From Planctomycetota bacterium (GTDB lineage: Bacteria; Planctomycetota; UBA1135; UBA2386), in NCBI GenBank assembly GCA_046290465.1, contig JBKAGP010000001.1:2112001-2176000 (forward strand): DNA of 64,000 nucleotides, in the 5' to 3' direction. The notes under the pieces are model-generated. The model was not told the DNA's origin, ran no database searches, and saw only the letters and a program-made list of their open reading frames with translations. Of the stretch, positions 37,741 through 47,646 are shown in pieces. Made by a program: the position numbers and the translations under genes. Numbering within the stretch: the stretch's first letter is position 1; each line of letters opens with the position of its first letter.

Positions 37741-39270
37741 TCAGGCGAAGTCCTGGGGCCAGTGGTCGATCGCGCTGAGCACGGGGAGCGGGGTCAGGCC
37801 GCCCATGGCGCAGAGCGACGCGCTCGTCATCGTGCTGCAGAGGTCACGCAGCAGCTGTTCCTGCTTTGTGCGGTCGTCGCCGGCGGTCAGGCGGTCGAGG
37901 ACCTCGACGCCGCGGGTGCTGCCGATGCGGCACGGGGTGCACTTGCCGCACGACTCGATCGCGCAGAACTCCATCGCGTAGCGCGCCAGCTTGCTCATGT
38001 CGGCCGTATCGTCGAAGACCACGATGCCGCCGTGGCCGAGCAGGCCACCGGCACCGGCCAGCGCCTCGTAGTCGGCCGGCGTGTCGAACTTGCTCTCGGG
38101 CAGGTAGGCGCCGAGCGGGCCGCCGACCTGGATCGCCTTGATCGGACGACCGCTCGCCGAGCCACCGCCGAACTCGTAGAGCAGTTCGCGGATGGTCACG
38201 CCGAACGGCACCTCGACCAGCCCGCCCTGCTTGATGTTGCCGGCCAGCTGGAACGGCAGCGTGCCCTTGCTGCGACCGACCCCGTGGGCCGCGTAGGCCG
38301 CACCGCCGTGGTCGAGGATCCACGGGACCGCCGCCAGCGTCATCACGTTGTTGACGACCGTCGGCTTGCCCCACAGCCCCTCGAGCGCCGGCAGCGGCGG
38401 CTTGGCGCGCACGATGCCGCGCTTGCCCTCGAGGCTCTCGAGCATCGCGGTCTCCTCGCCGCACACGTAGCTGCCGGCACCGAGGCGAACGTGCAGCTCG
38501 AACGCCTTGCCACTGCCGAACACGTCGCCGCCGAGCATGCCGGCCGCGCGCGCCCGTTCGATCGCGGTCGTCAGCACGACGCGCGCGTCCGGATACTCGC
38601 TGCGCAGGTAGACGTAGCCCTCGGTCGCGCCGACCGCCAGGCCGGCGATCACCATGCCCTCGATCAGCAGGTAGGGATCGCCCTCCATGATCATGCGATC
38701 GGAGAACGTGCCGCTGTCGCCCTCGTCGGCGTTGCAGGCGATGTACTTCTGGTCGGCTTCGGCGCCGTGCACCGTCTGCCACTTGATGCCCGCCGGGAAG
38801 CCCGCGCCACCGCGGCCGCGCAGACCCGAGTCGACCACCTGCTGCACGATCGCCGCGCCGTCCATCGCCAGCGCCTTCTTCAGCCCGCGGGTGCCGCCGT
38901 GCTCGACGTAGGCGTCGTAGTCGAGCGGGTCGGTGATGCCGACGCGCTCGAACGTCAACCGCGTCTGCTTCTGCATCCACGGCAGCTCGTCGGTCCTGCC
39001 CAGCGCCAGCGCGTGGGAGCCGCCGCTCGCGAACGACGCGTCGAACAGGCCCGGCACGTCGGCCGCGGTGACCGGCCCGTAGGCAACCCGGCCGGCATCG
39101 GTGGCGACCTCGACCAGCGTCTCGAGCCACAGCATGCCGCGGGAGCCGTTGCGAACCAGCTGCACGTCGACGCCGCGGCTGCCCGCCTCGCGCACGATCG
39201 CGTCGGCGACCTCGTCGGCGCCCAGCGACAACGCCGCGCTGTCGCGCGGCACGAACACCTGGACGCTCAC
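37741..39270 (-). CDS. fdsB: Formate dehydrogenase beta subunit (NuoF-like)
   Basis: GLRGRGGAGFP, CNADEGD, YVCGEET, ESCGKCTPCR; GTG start overlapping the fdsG stop. Confidence 0.95.
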   Translation of the reverse strand: MSVQVFVPRDSAALSLGADEVADAIVREAGSRGVDVQLVRNGSRGMLWLETLVEVATDAGRVAYGPVTAADVPGLFDASFASGGSHALALGRTDELPWMQKQTRLTFERVGITDPLDYDAYVEHGGTRGLKKALAMDGAAIVQQVVDSGLRGRGGAGFPAGIKWQTVHGAEADQKYIACNADEGDSGTFSDRMIMEGDPYLLIEGMVIAGLAVGATEGYVYLRSEYPDARVVLTTAIERARAAGMLGGDVFGSGKAFELHVRLGAGSYVCGEETAMLESLEGKRGIVRAKPPLPALEGLWGKPTVVNNVMTLAAVPWILDHGGAAYAAHGVGRSKGTLPFQLAGNIKQGGLVEVPFGVTIRELLYEFGGGSASGRPIKAIQVGGPLGAYLPESKFDTPADYEALAGAGGLLGHGGIVVFDDTADMSKLARYAMEFCAIESCGKCTPCRIGSTRGVEVLDRLTAGDDRTKQEQLLRDLCSTMTSASLCAMGGLTPLPVLSAIDHWPQDFA

Positions 39271-39770
39271 CGGCCCGTCTCCTTCGCCTGCTGCAGCAAC
39301 GCGTCGAGGCGGGCGACCGAGACGCGGCCGTGCACCTTGTCGTCGATCATCACCGCCGGCGACAGCGCGCAGTTGCCGAGGCAGTAGACCGGCTCGACCG
39401 TGACCGCGCCGTCGGCAGTGGTCTCGCCCATCGCGACGCCGTGCCGTTCGAGCAGGTGGTCCTCGAGCTGCTCGCACCCCATCGCCTGGCACGACTCGGC
39501 GCGACAGACCTTGAGCACGTGGCGGCCCGGCTTGCTGGTGCGGAAGTCGTGGTAGTAGGTCAGCACACCGTGCACGTCGGCGCGCGACAGGTTCAGCGCG
39601 TCGGCGATCCGCTGGATCGCCTCGTGCGGCACGAAGCCGAGCTCTTCCTGGATCGCGTGCAGCATCGGCAGGCACGCGCCGCGCATGGTGGCGAGGCGGG
39701 AGATCGCCGCGTCGACCGCGGCGAGTTGTTCGGGCGTGGCAGGCTCGGCTGCCGAAGAGCTGGATTGCAT
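39267..39770 (-). CDS. fdsG: Formate dehydrogenase gamma subunit (NuoE-like)
   Basis: LNLSRADVHGV, CRAESC, CLGNC. Confidence 0.93.
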   Translation of the reverse strand: MQSSSSAAEPATPEQLAAVDAAISRLATMRGACLPMLHAIQEELGFVPHEAIQRIADALNLSRADVHGVLTYYHDFRTSKPGRHVLKVCRAESCQAMGCEQLEDHLLERHGVAMGETTADGAVTVEPVYCLGNCALSPAVMIDDKVHGRVSVARLDALLQQAKETGR

Positions 39771-39858
39771 GCGAGGGTCTGGAGGAACGTCGCGAAGTTT
39801 GTAGCAGAAACCGGCTATTGCACGCCACGGCCGGCCGGGCTTCCGCCATGCTGCGTAG

Positions 39859-40656
39859 ATGGACGCGCGGGCGCAACGCAAGGCACGCAAGGAGGCGGTC
39901 GACAAGATGTCCGCCGACCGGGAAGCCCGCGGTCGCAACAAGAAGCACGTCTCCGCGTTCCGCAAGTTCCGCCGCAAGGTCGGCGCTGCGCTGATCGAAT
40001 CGCTGGCGCCGCTGGTGCTGCGGGCGATCGCGCGCACCTGGCGGGTCGAGCGCACCGGCGAATCCGGCCAGGAGCTGATGAAGAGCGACCGGCCGTGGAT
40101 CTGCACGATGTGGCACGGGCGCATGCTGACGATGATGCCGATCCGGCTGCACTGCCGACGCGGGCTGTCGGTGCTGGTGTCCCCGAGCGACGACGGCGGC
40201 CTCGCCAAGCGGGCGCTCGACAAGTTCGGCTACCGGGTCGTGCGCGGCTCGCTGAGCAAGCGCGGCGCCCGCGCGATGCGCGAGATGCACGAGGTGCTCG
40301 AGCAGGGCGGCCAGCTGGTGATCACGCCGGACGGACCGCGCGGCCCGCGCCACAGCATCAACAGCGGCGCCGCGTGGCTGGCGCGCGCGACCGGCGCGCC
40401 GATCCTGCCGTGCTCGGTCGCGATGAGCCGGGCGTGGCGGTTCAACAGCTGGGACCGCATGACCATCCCCAAGCCGTTTGCGCGGGTGGTCGTGCACTAC
40501 GGCGACCCGGTGCACGTCGACCAGGGCTGCACCGACGAGCAGCTCGAGGAGCTGTCGGCGAAGCTGCGCGACGGCATGATCCGCGCCGAACAGGACGCGT
40601 TCGCGCAGCTCGAGGTCGGCTGCGACCTCGGCGAGCACGCCCGCCAGCAGGCGTGA
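39859..40656 (+). CDS. DUF374 / lysophospholipid acyltransferase-like protein
   Basis: WHGRM, SPSDDG, VRGS, ITPDGPRGP, SWDRMTIPKPF. Confidence 0.85.
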   Translation: MDARAQRKARKEAVDKMSADREARGRNKKHVSAFRKFRRKVGAALIESLAPLVLRAIARTWRVERTGESGQELMKSDRPWICTMWHGRMLTMMPIRLHCRRGLSVLVSPSDDGGLAKRALDKFGYRVVRGSLSKRGARAMREMHEVLEQGGQLVITPDGPRGPRHSINSGAAWLARATGAPILPCSVAMSRAWRFNSWDRMTIPKPFARVVVHYGDPVHVDQGCTDEQLEELSAKLRDGMIRAEQDAFAQLEVGCDLGEHARQQA

Positions 40657-40875
40657 GTCGCGGGTCGGCCCGAGAGTCGGTCCGACGCGGCCGAAACCGG
40701 CCCTGAGGGGCTCCGCAGGGCATTCCGCGAGGGCACTTCGCGCGGGCACTTCGCGCGGCCCGGAACGAACGCGACCCGAACACTCCAGGGGAGCATCCGG
40801 GTCGTCGGCGAGCCAGCTGACCGAGGGGCGCGGAGGCATCCGCTCCCCCACCGGCTCGTAGGTGGTGCGTCCCTG

Positions 40876-40945
40876 GGACTGCGAGGTCCGGGACCAGATG
40901 TCCAGGACTGCAGGTCGGGACGAGAGGTCCTGGACTAGAGGTCCT
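40876..40945 (-). repeat. About 5 x 14-bp degenerate tandem repeat overlapping the histone stop codon
   Basis: GGACnnnAnGTCC units on the + strand; the last unit contains the stop (cta 40935). Confidence 0.7.
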
Positions 40946-41159
40946 GGGGACGGAGCGTCTTGCGACCGTTGGCCATCGCGCGGCTCTCGGCCTCGGCGAT
41001 CTTCTGACGGACGGCCTTGTCGAGAGCACCGTAGAACTCCGACGAGACGTTCGACTTCTTGACCGCGGCCTTGGTGCGCGACTTCGAGATGATCAGCTCC
41101 ACCGGGCCGGCGGCGCGGGCCTTCGAGGCCTTCTTCTTGGTCTTCTTCTTGGCAGCCAT
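40935..41159 (-). CDS. Prokaryotic histone-fold protein (DUF1931/face-to-face type) with Lys-rich N-terminal tail
   Basis: ELIISKSRTKAAVK-NVSSEFYGALD...AESRAMANGRKTLRPQDL; RKTxxxxD L2/alpha3 signature. Confidence 0.85.
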   Translation of the reverse strand: MAAKKKTKKKASKARAAGPVELIISKSRTKAAVKKSNVSSEFYGALDKAVRQKIAEAESRAMANGRKTLRPQDL

Positions 41160-41234
41160 TGGATTCTCTGCTGTTAGAGGTTCTTCGTTCGCCCGGCCAC
41201 GACACAGTTGTCGTGCCCCCCGCGAACGGCGCGC

Positions 41235-41262
41235 AGTTTGACCGGGTCGCGAGATCTGTCAA
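41235..41262 (-). promoter_or_regulatory. Possible sigma70 promoter for the histone gene
   Basis: Minus strand TTGACA-16 nt-CAAACT, preceded by an AT-rich tract. Confidence 0.45.
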
Positions 41263-41331
41263 CAACAAAAACTGGACGGAAACCCCACCTGCGCGCCCGT
41301 TCTCGGCATTTGCGAACCGACACGGCTGCGC

Positions 41332-41347
41332 TGGCACAGCATTCGCT
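41332..41347 (+). promoter_or_regulatory. Possible sigma54 -24/-12 site
   Basis: TGGCACAGCATTCGCT versus consensus TGGCACGNNNNTTGCW. Confidence 0.3.
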
Positions 41348-41505
41348 GACACGGCGCGCCGCCGCCAAACGGCCGAATTCGAGGGGCTAGCAGGGGTTTC
41401 GCGGCGGTTCTGCCAAACCCCTCCGAAACGGCGTTAAACGGCCGAATTCAAGGGTTTCGGGATCCGTGCAGTCGGTGTGCGCGGGAACGGTTCGCATCGG
41501 ATAGA

Positions 41506-44500
41506 GTGCGCAGCCGCATGAGCTGGCGCCGCATCCTGCTGTTGTCGATCGCGCTCGTTTCCGTGTTGGCCGTGGCCACATGGGCGTTGCTACAAAACTC
41601 CGACGTCGCGACGGAATTCGTGCGCCGCGAGGTGCAGAACGTGTTCGCGACGCGTGCCGAGGTCGCTTCGACGGCGATCGGACTCGAAGCCGGTCGGCTG
41701 CAGATCGAGGGCTTCGAGCTCGCCGATCCGACGCAGCCCGAGCGCGCCCTGGTGCGCATCGCCAAGGGCCGGCTCGATGCCCAGCTCGACCCGTTCGGCG
41801 CCGGCATCGCGCCGCGCCACGTGGTCGTCGAGGGCCTCGAGATCGAGGCCGGCCCGACGTTCCCGACCGCTGCGCAGCTGCTGAAGCCGCGCGAAGCGAG
41901 CACCGATGGCGGCGTCGACCTGGACCTGCCGGTGGTCGAGGTGCGCTCGGGCAAGGCCACCCTGCACCTGTGCGAGGACGAACGGCCGCTGGTGCTCGAC
42001 GGCCTCGACGTCACCGTCGTGCCCCACCACACCGATCGTCGCAAGCTGCAGATCACCGGCTCGCTCGCCCTGACCGAGCCCGCCGCGGCGCTGCAGCTGC
42101 GCGGCGAGGTCGACCTGGAGTCGGGTGCAGCCAGGCTGAGCATCTCGACCGAGGCGGTGACCTGCAGCCAGCAGGTGGTCGCCTACCTGGCGCGGCTGGC
42201 GCAGGTCGACCAGCAGGCGCTCGACGTCGGCGGCGAGATCGAGTCGCTGCGCGTGACCTGCCTGATTCCGCCTCACACCGCGGCCGTGCGCACGCCGACC
42301 TTCGAGGTCGAGGCCCGCTGCAGCGACGTGCACGTCAACGCGCCGGACCTGCCGGCGATCGTGCGGCACGCCGACGTGCAGCTGCTGGTCAGCACCGCGC
42401 AGGGCGGCGTCGTGCAGGCGACGATCTCGCAGCACAACGAGACCGGCGCCATCGACGTGCGCGCGCGGATCACCGAGCTGGACGCCAGCGGCGACGACCT
42501 GCCCAAGCTCGAGCTCGACGCCAAGGGCCGCGACGTCGTCGTCGATGGCAACGTGCTCGCCGCCCTGCGCACGTTCCCGATCGGCAAGCGGGTGGTCGAA
42601 GCGCTGCGGCCGACCGCCGGCCGTGCCGACATCGACCTCTACCTCCACAATCCGCACATCCCGGGCGGCGACGCCGAGATCGACCTGCAGCTGCGCGACG
42701 TCGCGATGTCGTTCCACGGCTTCGGGGACGGCGAGCAGCGCATCGGCTTCCCGATGCCGCTCGAGCACGCCAGCGGCCGCGTGCGCCTGCGCAACGACAT
42801 CCTGCTGCTGCGCGACATGAAGGCGTCGATCCCGGCGAGCGCCGGCGGCGGCGAGGTGACGCTGCGCGGCCGCATCGAGGTCCGCCGAGGCCGCGGGGAC
42901 GACACCAGCCTCGACATCGAGGGCACCGGGGTGGCGTTCCGCGACGACCTGCGCACGGCGCTGGCCACGCTGCTGCGCGACGACGGCGAACTCTACGACC
43001 GCCTGGCGCCCGAGGGGCGCGCCGACGTGCACGTCGTGGTGCGGCCGCGCAGCGAACTGGCCGGCGGCTTCGGCGTCGAGGTCACTCCGCAGGGTGCGTC
43101 GATGCGCTGGGCGGGCTTTCCGTACGAGCTGAAGGACCTGCGCGGCAGCATCCGCGTGCGCATGGCCGATGCGCGCTTCGACCTGACCGGTCGGCACGGC
43201 GACGGCGGCCTGACGATGCGCGGCCGCATCCCGCTCGACAAGCAGCACGGCCCCGAGGACGGCTTCGAGGCGGTGATCGACCTCGACCAGCTGGCCGTCG
43301 ACGACGACCTGCGCCAGGGCGTCGCGGTGGTCGTGCGCGAACTCGACGCCCAGTGGCAGAAGGCGATGCCGAGCGGCCGGCTGTCCGGCAAGGTCAAGGT
43401 CTGGCGGCCGCTGCACGACGACCCGTTGTTCCACGACGTGCGCCTGCAGCTCGACGACGTCGATCTCGATCTGCCGCTGGCCCCGTGGCGCGCGACCGGC
43501 CTGCGCGGCCAGGTGCTGGTGCAGGGGTCCGGCCCGACCGCGCGCATCGACTTCGACGCGCTGCGCGGCAGCCTCACCAACGGCGTCGCCGAACCGGCCC
43601 GACTGGCCCTGCTCGGCCACCTCGAGTCGGGCCCCGACGTGGTGCGCGACCTCGCGTTCGTGGTGCGGGACCTGGAGCTGTGCGAACAGCTCGGCAAGAG
43701 CCTCGACGACCTCGGCGCGCTCGGCTTCGAGACCTGGGACTCGCTGCAGCCGTCCGGACGCGTCGACCTGGTCGTGCGCGAACGCTTGCAGCCCGAGTCC
43801 GACCCGGACCTGCAGGTCGTCGTGCAGCTGGTCGACGTGCGTTCCGACGCGCGCATGCTGCCCAAGCCGGCCGAGCACATGACCGGCGAACTGCACATCG
43901 AGGGCGGTGAGCTGACGTTCCGCGACGTGCGCGGCGAACTCGGCGGCGCCACCGTGCGCTGCTACAACGGCCGCGTGCGGCAGGTCGGCGCCGACGACGA
44001 CCGCACCGAGATCGCGTTCGACGTGCACGCCAAGGACTTCCCGGTCGACGACGGCCTCGCCAACCTGTTCACCGGCCCGCTGCGCAAGGCGGTGCTCGAC
44101 CGGCACCTGCGCGGCAAGGCCGACGTCGACGGCCTGCGGCTGCGGTTCCGCGTGCCGGGCCCCGACAGCGGCAAGCCGTTCACGACCACGATCGGCGGCG
44201 CGATCGGGCTCGACGGCGTCGACATGCAGCTCGGCACCGGCCGCGACGGCATCCGCGTGCTCAACCTGCACGGCATGGTGTCGCTCGCCGACAGCACCGT
44301 CACCGAGACCGGCGGCCAGCTGGTCGGCACGCTGTCGCGCGGCTCGCTGTCGCTGTTCGGACACCCGTTCGAGGCGGTCGAGACGACCTTCACGGCGGAC
44401 GCCAGGAAGTTGACGATCCACACCCTCAAGACCCGCATCCACGACGGCGAGCTGCGCCACGCCAAGACCGACGCGCCGGCGCTCAGCTACCTGCTGCCGG

Positions 44501-45108
44501 CGGCGAACGTGCCGGAGGGCCGGCTGTCGGCGGACCTGCAGTTCGACCGGGTCGACGTGTTCACGCTGCTGTCGACGTCGGGCTGGCGCAACCCGCCCTA
44601 CACCGGCCTGGCCAGCGGTCGCATGACGCTGAGCCGACTCGACGGCAACAACGTGGTCGGCGCCGAGGCGGCCGGCACGCTGCAGATCGAACGCGCCGAC
44701 CTCGGCAAGGTGCCGCTGTTCACCGCGATCTACGCGCAGCTGCCGCCGGCCAACCAGCCGCGCTTCAACCAGCTCGACATGACGTTCCGGCTGACGGACC
44801 ACCTGATGAGCTTCGACCGCCTCGAGGTGCGCTCGGAGATCCTCGCGGCCAAGGGCAGCGGCAAGCTCAACCTCGACGGCTACCTCGACGTCGAGATGGA
44901 GCTCGACAACCTGCTCGGCCAGTCGGCGGATCCGCTGGTCATGCCGCTGATCGACTACCTCGCCAAGAACCTGGTCAGCTTCCGCCTCTACGGCCACCTG
45001 CGCGACCTGCATGCGTCGACCGAGTTCCTCGGTTCGCGCACGCCGGATCGGCCGCCGGTGCTGCCGATGCCGCCGAAGCGGCCGAAGAGCAGTTCGCCCG
45101 GATATTGA
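41506..45108 (+). CDS. Large AsmA-like protein
   Basis: N-terminal TM anchor, repetitive beta-rich body, AsmA-like C-terminus. Confidence 0.75.
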   Translation: MRSRMSWRRILLLSIALVSVLAVATWALLQNSDVATEFVRREVQNVFATRAEVASTAIGLEAGRLQIEGFELADPTQPERALVRIAKGRLDAQLDPFGAGIAPRHVVVEGLEIEAGPTFPTAAQLLKPREASTDGGVDLDLPVVEVRSGKATLHLCEDERPLVLDGLDVTVVPHHTDRRKLQITGSLALTEPAAALQLRGEVDLESGAARLSISTEAVTCSQQVVAYLARLAQVDQQALDVGGEIESLRVTCLIPPHTAAVRTPTFEVEARCSDVHVNAPDLPAIVRHADVQLLVSTAQGGVVQATISQHNETGAIDVRARITELDASGDDLPKLELDAKGRDVVVDGNVLAALRTFPIGKRVVEALRPTAGRADIDLYLHNPHIPGGDAEIDLQLRDVAMSFHGFGDGEQRIGFPMPLEHASGRVRLRNDILLLRDMKASIPASAGGGEVTLRGRIEVRRGRGDDTSLDIEGTGVAFRDDLRTALATLLRDDGELYDRLAPEGRADVHVVVRPRSELAGGFGVEVTPQGASMRWAGFPYELKDLRGSIRVRMADARFDLTGRHGDGGLTMRGRIPLDKQHGPEDGFEAVIDLDQLAVDDDLRQGVAVVVRELDAQWQKAMPSGRLSGKVKVWRPLHDDPLFHDVRLQLDDVDLDLPLAPWRATGLRGQVLVQGSGPTARIDFDALRGSLTNGVAEPARLALLGHLESGPDVVRDLAFVVRDLELCEQLGKSLDDLGALGFETWDSLQPSGRVDLVVRERLQPESDPDLQVVVQLVDVRSDARMLPKPAEHMTGELHIEGGELTFRDVRGELGGATVRCYNGRVRQVGADDDRTEIAFDVHAKDFPVDDGLANLFTGPLRKAVLDRHLRGKADVDGLRLRFRVPGPDSGKPFTTTIGGAIGLDGVDMQLGTGRDGIRVLNLHGMVSLADSTVTETGGQLVGTLSRGSLSLFGHPFEAVETTFTADARKLTIHTLKTRIHDGELRHAKTDAPALSYLLPAANVPEGRLSADLQFDRVDVFTLLSTSGWRNPPYTGLASGRMTLSRLDGNNVVGAEAAGTLQIERADLGKVPLFTAIYAQLPPANQPRFNQLDMTFRLTDHLMSFDRLEVRSEILAAKGSGKLNLDGYLDVEMELDNLLGQSADPLVMPLIDYLAKNLVSFRLYGHLRDLHASTEFLGSRTPDRPPVLPMPPKRPKSSSPGY

Positions 45109-45139
45109 GCCGGCGCGCCGCTGGCCCGATGCTCTGGCG

Positions 45140-46228
45140 ATGGCATCGGTGCACGCAGTGATCATGGCCGGCGGATCCGGCACGCGGTTCTGGCCGGCGA
45201 GCCGGCAGGTCCGGCCCAAGCAGCTGCTGCCGCTCAGCGGCGGCAAGCCGATGATCCGCGCCGCCGTCGAACGCGTCGCGACGACCTGCCCGCCCGAGCG
45301 GATCTGGATCGTCACCAACGGTGCGCAGAGGGACGCGATCCTGGCCCTGATGCCGGACTTCGCGCCCGAGCAGGTGATCGTCGAACCCGCGGCGCGCGAC
45401 ACCGCGCCGTGCGTCGGCCTGGCGGTCGCGACGATCGCCGCGCGCGACCCGGACGCGACCGTGGTGATCCTGCCCGCCGACCAGACGATCGAGCCGGTCG
45501 CCGAGTTCGAGCGCATGCTCGCCCGCGGCACCGGGCTGGCGGCCGACGGCGAGACGCTGGTGACGTTCGGCATCCCGCCGAGCTACCCCGCGACCGGCTA
45601 CGGCTACATCGCGCTGGGCAGGCCGCGCGATGAGGCCCAGCCGCGCGCGTTCGTCGCCGACGGCTTCCGCGAGAAGCCGGACCTCGCGACCGCACGGCGG
45701 TTCGTCGACGAAGGTCGGTTCTGGTGGAACAGCGGCATCGTCGCGTTCGCGGTGCGCGCGATGCGCACGCAGATGCAGCGGCACTGCGAGCCGCTCGCGG
45801 CGGCGACCGACGCGATGCAGGCCGCCCGCGAGGCCGGCGACGACGCGGCGCTGCGGCGCGCGTTCACGTCGGCGCCACAGACGTCGATCGACTTCGCCGT
45901 GATGGAGAAGGCCGACGAGCTGACCGTGGTCGAGTGCACCGCGACCTGGGACGACGTCGGCAGCTTCCCGGCGCTGGCGCGCGTGCTCGACGGCGATGCG
46001 CACGACAACCACGCCTCGCTGCACGACGGCGCCGACGCGCTGCTGCTCGACAGCAAGGACAACGTCGTCTACGCCGAAGGCACGCGCACCGTCGCGATGT
46101 TCGGCGTCGAGGGCCTGGTGGTCGCCGCGGTCGGCGACGCCGTGCTGGTCTGCCCAAAGGACCGCGCCGACGAACTCAAGAAGGTCGTCGCCGAACTGAA
46201 GGCCCGCGGCCGCGAGGACCTGCTGTGA
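45140..46228 (+). CDS. manC: Mannose-1-phosphate guanylyltransferase
   Basis: IMAGGSGTRFWPASR..PKQ, EPAARDTAP, TGYGYI, FREKP, WDDVGS. Confidence 0.93.
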   Translation: MASVHAVIMAGGSGTRFWPASRQVRPKQLLPLSGGKPMIRAAVERVATTCPPERIWIVTNGAQRDAILALMPDFAPEQVIVEPAARDTAPCVGLAVATIAARDPDATVVILPADQTIEPVAEFERMLARGTGLAADGETLVTFGIPPSYPATGYGYIALGRPRDEAQPRAFVADGFREKPDLATARRFVDEGRFWWNSGIVAFAVRAMRTQMQRHCEPLAAATDAMQAAREAGDDAALRRAFTSAPQTSIDFAVMEKADELTVVECTATWDDVGSFPALARVLDGDAHDNHASLHDGADALLLDSKDNVVYAEGTRTVAMFGVEGLVVAAVGDAVLVCPKDRADELKKVVAELKARGREDLL

Positions 46229-46659
46229 GCCTGACGCCGAAGTCCCGCATCCTCGCCGTCGACTACGGCGACTCGCGCACCGGTCTGGCTGCGACCGACT
46301 GGACCGGCTCGATCGTCGTGCCGCTGCCGCGCATCGACAGCCGCGACCAGAAGGACGTCGTGCGGCAGGTCGTCGAACTGTGCGCCGAGCGCGACACGCA
46401 GGGCCTGGTGGTCGGCATGCCGCTGACGCTCGACGGCACCCCCGGCGAACGCGCCCAGCGCACCGACGAGTTCGTGAAGCTGCTGCAGGCGGCGACGCCG
46501 CTGCCGGTGGCGACGATCGACGAGAGCCACACCACCGACGAGGCCCACGAGCGCCTCAAGATGGGCGGCATGAAGGCCAAGAAGCGCAAGGAGTTCGCCG
46601 ACAGCGTCGCGGCGCTGGTGATCCTCGAGCGCTACCGCCACCAGCTCGCTCGCCCCTGA
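46225..46659 (+). CDS. ruvX: RuvX/YqgF nuclease
   Basis: ILAVDYGDSRTGLA, VVGMP, DESHTT, DSVAA. Confidence 0.92.
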   Translation: MSLTPKSRILAVDYGDSRTGLAATDWTGSIVVPLPRIDSRDQKDVVRQVVELCAERDTQGLVVGMPLTLDGTPGERAQRTDEFVKLLQAATPLPVATIDESHTTDEAHERLKMGGMKAKKRKEFADSVAALVILERYRHQLARP

Positions 46660-46703
46660 GGCGAGGCGGCCGGCGGCCCGGCCGGCAACCGCCGGGGAAA
46701 GAT

Positions 46704-47077
46704 GTGCCTGGTCCCCGTAAGCCGGGTTCTGGTGCCGCCCGAAGGCGGTGACGGCCATTTCTCTAGGGCCAGCCTCGCGGCTGGTCGCCAACGACCTACC
46801 CGAGGACCTGAGCGCGGGCCGCGCGATCCTCCTACTCGGTCTTCCTCCAGGTGGGGTTTGCCGTGCCACCCCGCTCGTGCGGGGCGCGGTGGGCTCTTAC
46901 CCCACCGTTTCACCCTTGCCGTCCCTCCGAGGAATCCCGAAGGCGTCCGGCGGTCTGATCTCTGTGGCACTTTCCCTGTTCTTGCGAACGGTGGGCGTTA
47001 CCCACCACCTTGCCCTGAGGAGCCCGGACTTTCCTCCCGCGGCAAGCGCCGCCGGCGGCCGTCCAGGGACCAGGCGC
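46704..47077 (-). ncRNA. rnpB: RNase P RNA (bacterial type A)
   Basis: Minus strand GAGGAAAGTCCGGGCTCC, AAAGTGCCACAGA, GGCAAACCCC, CAGAACCCGGCTTA; P1 helix GCCTGGTCCC/GGGACCAGGC. Confidence 0.97.
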
Positions 47078-47082
47078 GGCGC

Positions 47083-47111
47083 ACCTTACGGGCGCTTGAA
47101 CTCGACCGCAA
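47083..47111 (-). promoter_or_regulatory. Likely sigma70 promoter of rnpB
   Basis: TTGCGG-17 nt-TAAGGT ending about 5 nt before the P1 5' end. Confidence 0.6.
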
Positions 47112-47256
47112 ACGGCCAGAATAGGATCTGGCAAAATCGATGGCCGCAGCTTGTCGGATGCGCGTAGCGAGCTAGCCTTGATGGGACTCGCCGGGCGGTC
47201 CCTCTCTCCCGCCCTTCGCCTCGACACCTCGGTCCTGCAACCTGTGAGGTCGCATC

Positions 47257-47565
47257 GTGCGACTCGCCACCAGCCTCGCCTCCATCCTGCTCTGTCTGGC
47301 GCCCTGCCTGGGCCAGACGCACTCGCCCGACGGCAGCCATCCGGCATCCCGGAACGAGTCCGCCCGCGCGCGCACCGGGACCGCCGTCTCCCTGCGTGCC
47401 GACCGGCCGAACGGCCCGTCGCCTTCGACGCCGTCGAACCCGGAGCCCGATTCGGCCCAACCGGTCCCCGAGCCCAGCACGTTCCTGCTGGTCGGCACCG
47501 GCCTGGTCGGCGTCGCACTGACGGCCCGCCGCCGTCGCCGCCGGGAGTCGCCGTCGCCTTCCTGA
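47257..47565 (+). CDS. Small PEP-CTERM sorting-domain protein
   Basis: Signal peptide; VPEPSTFLLVGTGLVGVALT followed by RRRRRR. Confidence 0.85.
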   Translation: MRLATSLASILLCLAPCLGQTHSPDGSHPASRNESARARTGTAVSLRADRPNGPSPSTPSNPEPDSAQPVPEPSTFLLVGTGLVGVALTARRRRRRESPSPS

Positions 47566-47601
47566 TCGGATCGCCTTCCTGATCGGATCGCCTTCCTGAT
47601 C
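47554..47601 (+). repeat. About 3 x 17-bp tandem repeat TCGCCTTCCTGATCGGA
   Basis: Directly visible; first unit contains the PEP-CTERM stop. Confidence 0.9.
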
Positions 47602-47646
47602 TGTCCGCCTCCGTCCGGATCGGCCGTTCCGCCCGGCGCGATCCCG

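Noticed and set aside
34795..39387. 1530-aa + strand ORF and other long antisense or alternate-frame ORFs (e.g. 41590-45573, 32148-35048, 60681-63443, 9227-11884)
   Set aside because: Shadow ORFs of high-GC genes; the recognisable protein motifs are on the opposite strand
37741..41352. 1203-aa FdsB with a long N-terminal extension; similar extensions on clpV, tssG, gdhA, GH20 and acyl-CoA dehydrogenase
   Set aside because: The extensions overlap other genuine genes and are low-information; true starts coincide with stop/start overlaps or family N-termini
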